A DNA stretch of 64,000 bases from a virus (Duplodnaviria > Caudoviricetes): IMG/VR virus record IMGVR_UViG_2875882051_000001, positions 21,268-85,267 of that record. One strand, written 5' to 3'. The notes below the pieces were generated by a model. It made no database searches and was not told where the DNA came from. It saw nothing but the letters and a program-made list of their open reading frames with translations. Of the stretch, positions 57,522 to 64,000 are shown one piece after another. Within the stretch, counting starts at the first letter, position 1. Each line of letters begins with the position of its first letter. Both the position numbers and the translations under genes were made by a program.

Positions 57522-58364
57522 CTACAAATCTCCTAACTTTTCTGTATCAAATTTAACTTCATTTTGTTCATTGTTTTTTGTTGGCATTTGAATTACATTG
57601 CTTTGTTTTCTGCTGTAATTACCTTCTAAAACCTTTATATAATTGCTCTCTTTGATTACCCAATCAAAGCTACAATTTAGCCACTTATCATTTCTACCTG
57701 AAAGATAATCACTACTCTCTACTAAGGCAAATAGCTCTTTAACTCTTTCAGAACCAAGTGCTTTATACATAGTCTTTATATGCTTGTCTCTAGTCTTGTT
57801 CCTAGCCTTGACTCTTGGTAAGGACTTACAGATGCTATTAAACAAATCAATAATAATTTCATAAGGCACTTTATCCGTGGAATCAGATTTCTCTGTTCCA
57901 CAAGATATATATGATTTAGTAGATGGATTAGTAGATGGGTTTTTTGTTCCGACCTTTGAGTCGTATTCTTCCGACTTTTTAGTCGCATCCTTCCGACTTT
58001 CTGGTCGTATACCTTCCGACTTTTGAGTCGTATCATCAGTAACTAACTTATAATAGTTTTCTCCGACTGCATAAAATGCAAATCTTCCACCAACTTTAAC
58101 ATGTTCATGTTCTAATACTTTACATTCAGTTAATTTATTTAATCTACGTTTTAATACATCATTGCTGCTAATCTTCATTATTGGCAATTCTTCTAATAAA
58201 GATGCTGATTTTAGCCAATAGAAAGGCTTATTATTAATTATTTTCATTGACATCTTCCCACTATCTTTAAAATCTATAAAATATCTTAAAATTAGTGCAT
58301 CCTTTTCATCTAGATTAAAGTCAATCAATGCTTGCTGTGAAAAACCTTCTATGGTATATTTCAT
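57522..58364 (-). CDS. Replication initiator (HTH) containing iterons
   Basis: Upstream of dnaB; FDWVIKESNYIKVLEGNY C-terminal motif. Confidence 0.8.
   Translation of the reverse strand: MKYTIEGFSQQALIDFNLDEKDALILRYFIDFKDSGKMSMKIINNKPFYWLKSASLLEELPIMKISSNDVLKRRLNKLTECKVLEHEHVKVGGRFAFYAVGENYYKLVTDDTTQKSEGIRPESRKDATKKSEEYDSKVGTKNPSTNPSTKSYISCGTEKSDSTDKVPYEIIIDLFNSICKSLPRVKARNKTRDKHIKTMYKALGSERVKELFALVESSDYLSGRNDKWLNCSFDWVIKESNYIKVLEGNYSRKQSNVIQMPTKNNEQNEVKFDTEKLGDL
57947..58035. repeat. Four ~22-bp iterons TTCCGACTTTTGAGTCGTATCC (probable origin)
   Basis: Units at 57947, 57969, 57991 and 58014, each with an internal CGAC..GTCG dyad. Confidence 0.8.
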
Positions 58365-59506
58365 TGAGCATATCCTCCTTCTGAATAATCATTTCCAAAC
58401 AATAAATAAGTATCAAATGTAATTTTAAACGCTACGCTCGTCTTTATTTTGACTTTTCCATAATATATTTCATTAACTCTTCTGAATTGGTTAGGGTCAC
58501 TATCCTGAAAATATACCTTGCATATATTAGGTTGTCCCTCTAAATAAAACTCAAGCGTTCTATAATTAATTGAAAATTCTTTTATATTCAATCTCACAGT
58601 ATGCTGAAAATCATCAATTAATAGTTGAGCCTTACTATATCCACTTGCCAATTCTTTTAGGCAATCTAACCTAGATTCAAAAGATTCTATATTAATTTCA
58701 TTCTTTTTAACTTTAGTTAAATACTTCTCCGATAAAGATTGTTTTTTCTCTTCTTCCTTGTCATTAGCGTTCTTATTCAAATACATTTCATCAAGCAATT
58801 CTTTGTCTAAGTTACTTTCTATTGGTTGCTTAATCCCATTTACAAGCGTCTCTATCTCTTCCTTTGACTCTTTAGCATTCAAGTCCTTAATTTCTTCATG
58901 TATAATCTCTTGTTCATCTTTAGTTAAACTGCTAAGTGTATGAGCTTGAGTGAGCGTTATTTCCTCCTTATCAAGCTTTTCTTTAAGCTCTGGTATTAAA
59001 TCCTTATCTACTTTCTTATAACGCCCAACTTGGACGCCTGAAAGTCCTAAATCTTTTCCTATAAGATCTCTTGTCTTTCCTTGAAGCTTTTCTCCATTAT
59101 TTCTCTTTTGCTTATAAATGACTTCAAGCCTTTTAATCCCTTCCATTTTTTCGCTTGGTGTCAATTCTCTTTGCTCTGCATTTGCTTGTATTAGCATAAG
59201 CTCTGCATCTAAATCACTAAGATTTTCTTTAACCTGGCATGGTATTTTTTCATACCCAAGGCTTTTCAACGCTCTATATCTTCTTTCACCAGATATAATT
59301 TCATATGTTCCATCATCTTTTTTTCTTACTACAAGGTTATGCATAAGACCATTTTCATTAATAGATTCTGCAAGTTCTTCTATCTCTCTGATGCCATAAA
59401 AATTATTTTGTGAAGGAACTAAGCTATTTATATCTAGTTCCTTTGTAAAACTCTTATTCTCTACTCCATTAATCTTATTGGCTAACCCCTTTAAATAAGA
59501 CGACAT
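58361..59506 (-). CDS. parB: ParB/Spo0J-family partition protein
   Basis: LAESINENGLMHNLVV, IISGERRYRA, ANAEQRELTPSE, HTH. Confidence 0.9.
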   Translation of the reverse strand: MSSYLKGLANKINGVENKSFTKELDINSLVPSQNNFYGIREIEELAESINENGLMHNLVVRKKDDGTYEIISGERRYRALKSLGYEKIPCQVKENLSDLDAELMLIQANAEQRELTPSEKMEGIKRLEVIYKQKRNNGEKLQGKTRDLIGKDLGLSGVQVGRYKKVDKDLIPELKEKLDKEEITLTQAHTLSSLTKDEQEIIHEEIKDLNAKESKEEIETLVNGIKQPIESNLDKELLDEMYLNKNANDKEEEKKQSLSEKYLTKVKKNEINIESFESRLDCLKELASGYSKAQLLIDDFQHTVRLNIKEFSINYRTLEFYLEGQPNICKVYFQDSDPNQFRRVNEIYYGKVKIKTSVAFKITFDTYLLFGNDYSEGGYAQ

Positions 59507-60243
59507 TGTAGCTCACTTACTAATGATTTATAATCTTTAGATGCAGCAGCTCTGTTATTAAAGTAAATTAATGGAGTAGATTCAAAAGTACTCTTAATAA
59601 CATCTACATTTTCTCTTATACTCTGCTTAAAAAGTAAATCTCCTAGTTCTTCCCTAAGTTCTTCTTTAACTTCTCTATTTATCCTTGTTGCTCTATCCAT
59701 AGTTATAAATACACCTAGAAGCTCCAGTTTTTCGTTAAACTCATTTCTAACTGAATTGACACTATCAATTAAATATTCAAAACCATCTAATGAGAATTTA
59801 TCAATCTTAAGCGGAACCAAAACATAGTCGCTAGCAGCTAGAGCGTTTATTGAAATCATACCTAATGATGGTGGGCAGTCTATTAGAACATAATCGAATC
59901 CTTCTTCGGACTTATCTAACCACTTTTTAAGTCTTGTTTCTCTAGCTCTTTTAGTATCTGCCAATATTTCTGACTCACTTGCAATAAGGTCTATATTGGC
60001 AGGAACAAGCCATACATTACTATATTGAGTTATAGTAACACTTACATCTTCACCATTAAGTAGGTGATATGACCCCAATGAATTTGGATAATACAATCCT
60101 AAATACTTAGTTGAATTACTTTGAGGATCAAGATCTATAATTAAAACCTTTTTCCCTTGTCTTCCCAACTCTGCTGCTACATTTACACATGAAGTTGTTT
60201 TAGCAACTCCACCTTTTATATTTAAAAAACTTATAACTTTCAT
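59491..60243 (-). CDS. parA: ParA/Soj-family ATPase
   Basis: KGGVAKTT, DLDPQSN, DCPPSLG. Confidence 0.95.
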   Translation of the reverse strand: MKVISFLNIKGGVAKTTSCVNVAAELGRQGKKVLIIDLDPQSNSTKYLGLYYPNSLGSYHLLNGEDVSVTITQYSNVWLVPANIDLIASESEILADTKRARETRLKKWLDKSEEGFDYVLIDCPPSLGMISINALAASDYVLVPLKIDKFSLDGFEYLIDSVNSVRNEFNEKLELLGVFITMDRATRINREVKEELREELGDLLFKQSIRENVDVIKSTFESTPLIYFNNRAAASKDYKSLVSELQCRLI

Positions 60244-60528
60244 ATCTTTACATCTCCAATCAAATAATTTATAATGGAGATACGGATTGCAGTCCGTATC
60301 TCAAAGAACGTAAATCAAAACTTATTGAACCTTTTCTTGAGGTTCTTTTTTATTGCCATCAATTAAAGACATAATATGTTTCTTACATTTCTCCATCTAA
60401 ATCCTCCTTACACAAATTACATATTGTATGGCTGCCACAACAAAACTTAAGCAAATATATTTGTCTAATATCCTTATCCTCAATCTTAATTCGCAATTTA
60501 TGGCTATTGTTTATAAAGTGTGGACATT

Positions 60529-60834
60529 TTATCTTACACATTTTAATTTCTCCCCTCTTAGTTCAGTATGATTTTCAGCCATATCCTCTAGCCATCTTTC
60601 AAATTTAGATCTATTAACCTGTATCTTTCGGCCTACTTTAAAATAAGGAAATGTTGTATCCTCTTTGTATGTTTCCTCTAACAAAGTGTTTTTCCCTATT
60701 CCAGAAATAGCTGCACATTCATCAAGTGTATATGTCAATTTCTCTTTCATTTTGCCATTAGAATTTTTTAATTCTTGTAATACACAAAGTATCTCTTCTA
60801 AAATTTTTTCCATATGTCTATACCTCCTACTCAA
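60529..60834 (-). CDS. Excisionase-like HTH protein
   Basis: YTLDECAAISGIG...FPYFKVG. Confidence 0.8.
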   Translation of the reverse strand: MSRRYRHMEKILEEILCVLQELKNSNGKMKEKLTYTLDECAAISGIGKNTLLEETYKEDTTFPYFKVGRKIQVNRSKFERWLEDMAENHTELRGEKLKCVR

Positions 60835-61315
60835 CTTGCATTTTTTCTAAAGCTATAACTAAATCATTAGTAAGTCCTGAAAGTTTTTTTAAATTATCTA
60901 CTATATAATTTACTTTAGGTTTTTCATCTTCTGTTATTTTTCCATCTTCAACAACATCAAGTAATGTTGTACTCATTTCATTACCTGCACCAAGCAAATT
61001 GAAAATACTAATTGAAAGTTTATAAATATTTTCGATATTATCTTGATTTATTGGACTTACAGTACGTTGTCCTATCGGGCACTCATGGCAACAATAATGA
61101 TTTAATAATTCTGGAGAATTGTATATATCTGCCATTTTACAAACTATATCTACAGGCACTTGTTTACAAAGACCCAGCTCATAATTTAAAAGTGAATCTT
61201 TACTTACGCCTAGAACCTCACTAGCTCCTTCCATGCTTTTAAACTTATCATTAAATTCTGAAGCTTGTTTCCTTGCCATCCTATAAGCAGACTCTTTATT
61301 TCTCTCATTTTTCAT
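60827..61315 (-). CDS. HTH/CII-like phage regulator
   Basis: ASEVLGVSKDSLLNYELG, YCCHECPIG, DGKITEDE. Confidence 0.75.
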   Translation of the reverse strand: MKNERNKESAYRMARKQASEFNDKFKSMEGASEVLGVSKDSLLNYELGLCKQVPVDIVCKMADIYNSPELLNHYCCHECPIGQRTVSPINQDNIENIYKLSISIFNLLGAGNEMSTTLLDVVEDGKITEDEKPKVNYIVDNLKKLSGLTNDLVIALEKMQVE

Positions 61316-61427
61316 GTTTCCACCTCTCTTTCTATTAAACCTTGGAATAATATTACATGTTCTTGTTTTAAAGTTGGACTAGCTATCCATTTCACTTTTA
61401 AGGCCCATATACTATAATTAATTTAGT

Positions 61428-61774
61428 TGATTTTAAATCACATTTTTAGTTAAAAAAAATTTTGATGAACTCTAGGTCTTCAATATTAAAAATTTTTTTA
61501 ATTTCCTTCAGCTCATCAATATTAAATGGGTTGATTCCATTTTCTTTCTTAGTATAGCTACTAGTTGCTATACCTAGTTTGTCAGCCACATTTTTCTGCG
61601 TTAACTTTTTTTTGACTCTAAGTATTTTTAAATATTCTGATAACAATTTACAGCTCACCTCCATGTGACTTTAAATCACTTAACTTATCTTTATTATAGT
61701 GATTCAAAATCACAAAGTCAAGTAATTTTTTAAAAAATATTGATTATAAATCACATTTATTGATTAAGAGTCAC
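61428..61774. promoter_or_regulatory. Five operators TGAYT-N3-ARTCAC (61428, 61665, 61699, 61741, 61761)
   Basis: Palindromic repeats around cro and the divergent promoters. Confidence 0.8.
61446..61664 (-). CDS. Cro-like XRE regulator
   Basis: HTH; divergent from the repressor. Confidence 0.85.
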   Translation of the reverse strand: MEVSCKLLSEYLKILRVKKKLTQKNVADKLGIATSSYTKKENGINPFNIDELKEIKKIFNIEDLEFIKIFFN

Positions 61775-61809
61775 ATTAGAGTTAATATTTAGATAAGGAG
61801 GGTTGATTT

Positions 61810-62250
61810 ATGGTCACATTTGCTGAACGTTTAAAAAATGAAAGATTAAATAAAAATTTAAAACAAAGTGAACTAGCTGATTCTTTATTTTTAGATAGAA
61901 CTTCTATCTCCAAATATGAAACTGGAAAACAGATTCCTGAAACTCCTACCTTAGAAAAATTAGCTCATTTTTTTGGAGTTTCTATAGATTATCTTCTTGG
62001 AAAAAGTGACATAAGAAATTATGAGATAATAAATTCTGATTCCAATATTGAAATTAAGATTCCAAACGAATACTCTGATAAATATAAAGTTAATTCAAGA
62101 GATAAGAGACAATATGTAGAAGAAATGAAAAAAGCTAATGAAGCTTTCTTTATGAATGATGATTTTGATGAGGAAGCAAAAAAAGAAATGCTTGATTTAA
62201 TGTCAGAGTTATTTTGGGATGCTAAAGTTAAAAATAAAAGAAAAAAATAA
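61810..62250 (+). CDS. CI/ImmR-like XRE repressor
   Basis: HTH_3 pattern ISKYETGKQIP...VSIDYLLG. Confidence 0.9.
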   Translation: MVTFAERLKNERLNKNLKQSELADSLFLDRTSISKYETGKQIPETPTLEKLAHFFGVSIDYLLGKSDIRNYEIINSDSNIEIKIPNEYSDKYKVNSRDKRQYVEEMKKANEAFFMNDDFDEEAKKEMLDLMSELFWDAKVKNKRKK

Positions 62251-62716
62251 TAGGTGGCGGGTTCATATGGTTAATTATAGAAAGAAGGTTCAAAGCCTCG
62301 TTAAAAAATGCAAAACTAGAGACCCATACAAAATTGCTATGGAGGAAAAGGTTGAAGTAAAATTCAAGCATTTATCTCCTAGCTCTCCTGAGGGTATATT
62401 TAAGAAAATATTGAGAAGAAAATACATTATTATAAATTTAACTAGAATAACTAGTAAACCTCATCTTAATATGGTTTTAGCTCATGAATTAGGACATGCT
62501 ATGATGCATTCCAGTGATAAGGCATTCTTTTTGCACGACCACACTTTTTATGATAGAGGTCGCTTTGAAATAGAAGCAAATAAATTTGCTGCTGAATTAT
62601 TAATTGATGAAGAAAAAGTTGATACTATATATTTAGAAGACCTTTCAATTGAACAATTAGCATGTAGTTATGAGGTTTCTGTTCAATTAATTAAATATAA
62701 ATTTACTTGCAAATAA
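62219..62716 (+). CDS. ImmA/IrrE-family metallopeptidase
   Basis: LAHELGH...EIEANKFAAELL. Confidence 0.92.
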   Translation: MLKLKIKEKNNRWRVHMVNYRKKVQSLVKKCKTRDPYKIAMEEKVEVKFKHLSPSSPEGIFKKILRRKYIIINLTRITSKPHLNMVLAHELGHAMMHSSDKAFFLHDHTFYDRGRFEIEANKFAAELLIDEEKVDTIYLEDLSIEQLACSYEVSVQLIKYKFTCK

Positions 62717-62812
62717 ATGTGTTCTTCACGAACACATTAAATAATACTTTTCATAACTAATCCTTAGTAATCCAGTTATATGATATAGCTGGTTAATTTT
62801 AGAACGCAAAAA

Positions 62813-62824
62813 GAACATACATTC
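62813..62824. promoter_or_regulatory. LexA-box-like GAACATACATTC upstream of integrase B
   Basis: Same variant and position as in prophage A. Confidence 0.45.
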
Positions 62825-62842
62825 GTAAAGGAAGTGGCTTAA

Positions 62843-64000
62843 ATGGCTGTAAAAACCAATTGTGTCAAAAACGGAAAAAAATATTATAGATTATCTGTTA
62901 CTCTTGGGCGTAATTCTAATGGTAAGCTAATAAGAAAAGAATTCTATGGCAATTCAAAATCAGACGCTGAAGAAAAACGTGATGAATATTTAAATAAAAT
63001 TAATTCTGGCATAACAAAAGATTTTGATAAACTTTATTTAGGAAAAACTATTAACAGTTGGTTGATTGAAGTTGTAAAACAATCCACAAAACCATCCACA
63101 TTTGATAGATATTATGGAATCTACAAAAATTACATTGAGGATACTACCCTATCCTTTCTTAAACTTAACGATGTACATCCTAGTGATATTCAAAAATATT
63201 ATAATGCTCTTAAGAAAAAAGGGAAAAGTAGTTCTACAATATTTAATCTAAATAAATTATTACGTTCTTTCTTTAATTATGCAGTTTTACAGGATTATAT
63301 AGTGAAAAATCCTTGTCTTGCAAATAAAATAAAAATACCTGGTAATTTAAGAAAAGAGAAAAAGAAAATTGAGGTCTTTAATGACAAGGAAATAAAATTG
63401 ATTTTAAGTTCTCCAGAAGACTCTCTAATAAAGTTTATAGCATTGACGTGTGTTTCTACTGGAATACGTCGAGGGGAATGTATAGGTCTTAAATGGAGCG
63501 ATATAGACTATAATAATAATGAAATACATATTCGTCGTTCAGCTAAGACTATTGCAACCTATGATGAAAACATGGAAAAACATTACTCTCCTACTATTCA
63601 AACTACTAAAACCTATAATAGTGAGCGTGATATTCCGCTTCAGACTAGTTTAATTAATATATTTGATAAGATAAAACAGCAGCAAGAAATTCAAAAAGCA
63701 AAAGCTGGTGATAGTTATAAAGATAATGATTTAATTTTCTGTAATGAAGTTGGTGAGCTATTAGATGATAGCAATTTAACAAGATCCTTTTCTAGATTCT
63801 TAAAGAGAATTGGTGTTGAATACAAACATATACATTGTCTAAGACACACTTATGCTACTAAGCAATTTGAAAATGATATTCCTCTAAAAACTGTTTCTAA
63901 ATTATTGGGACATAGCACTATAAATATGACAGCTGATACCTATACACATGTTTTAAAAAGACACAAAGATAAAACTATTGATATCTTAAGCATTGTCTAA
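62843..64000 (+). CDS. int: Phage tyrosine integrase (prophage B)
   Basis: TGIRRGE, HCLRHTYAT, LLGHS, TYTHV. Confidence 0.95.
   Translation: MAVKTNCVKNGKKYYRLSVTLGRNSNGKLIRKEFYGNSKSDAEEKRDEYLNKINSGITKDFDKLYLGKTINSWLIEVVKQSTKPSTFDRYYGIYKNYIEDTTLSFLKLNDVHPSDIQKYYNALKKKGKSSSTIFNLNKLLRSFFNYAVLQDYIVKNPCLANKIKIPGNLRKEKKKIEVFNDKEIKLILSSPEDSLIKFIALTCVSTGIRRGECIGLKWSDIDYNNNEIHIRRSAKTIATYDENMEKHYSPTIQTTKTYNSERDIPLQTSLINIFDKIKQQQEIQKAKAGDSYKDNDLIFCNEVGELLDDSNLTRSFSRFLKRIGVEYKHIHCLRHTYATKQFENDIPLKTVSKLLGHSTINMTADTYTHVLKRHKDKTIDILSIV

Larger units (their letters stand above)
24325..64000. mobile_element. Prophage B (contractile-tailed, lambda-like cos head, ParAB), apparently near complete
   Basis: Lysis-tail-head-replication-switch-integrase order from the att core to the integrase at the window end. 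Confidence 0.95.

Noticed and set aside
2448-61224. Numerous 60-170 aa ORFs lying antisense to or out of frame within long phage genes (e.g. 2448-2726, 15698-16381, 45856-46227, 49414-49920)
   Set aside because: Shadow ORFs: fully overlap well-supported genes, no RBS, S/L/F/I-biased composition.
1-64000. IS elements, group II introns, rRNA, toxin genes of known type
   Set aside because: No transposase, RT or rRNA signatures, and no recognisable exotoxin found.

Overview
AT-rich, Clostridium-like DNA made up entirely of two unrelated temperate prophages in tandem; no host housekeeping genes are present. Prophage A (1-~24,366, left end outside the window) shows SPP1-type head genes, replication/recombination genes, an immunity switch and a tyrosine integrase. 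A 42-bp duplicated tRNA 3' end (att core, 24,325-24,366) joins it to prophage B. Prophage B (~24,325-64,000, apparently near complete) has lysis genes, a P2/Mu-like contractile tail, a lambda-GpA-type cos head, DnaB/Rep/ParAB, an immunity switch and a second integrase. The strongest candidate for a new system is a self-contained two-gene moron in B (29,793-30,893). A 65-aa membrane peptide ends with, and the adjacent 286-aa protein begins with, the same N/Q/G/S-rich motif (QTIxSGxNSTNIQG), which is the layout of amyloid-signalling cell-death immunity. Other accessory elements: an anti-defence island in A (Tad1 with an extra N-terminal domain, a Gp49/Acb4-like fusion, tiny ORFs), a MuF toxin, DUF4145 and SIR2 morons, a sigmaG-type promoter/terminator micro-array, a Spo0E-like domain, a structured RNA-like element shared by both phages, repeat-flanked cassettes beside closely similar XerD-like recombinases, and four dispersed GTGTTC-N5-GAACAC palindromes found only in B. 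All family assignments come from motif recognition and memory, not database searches.
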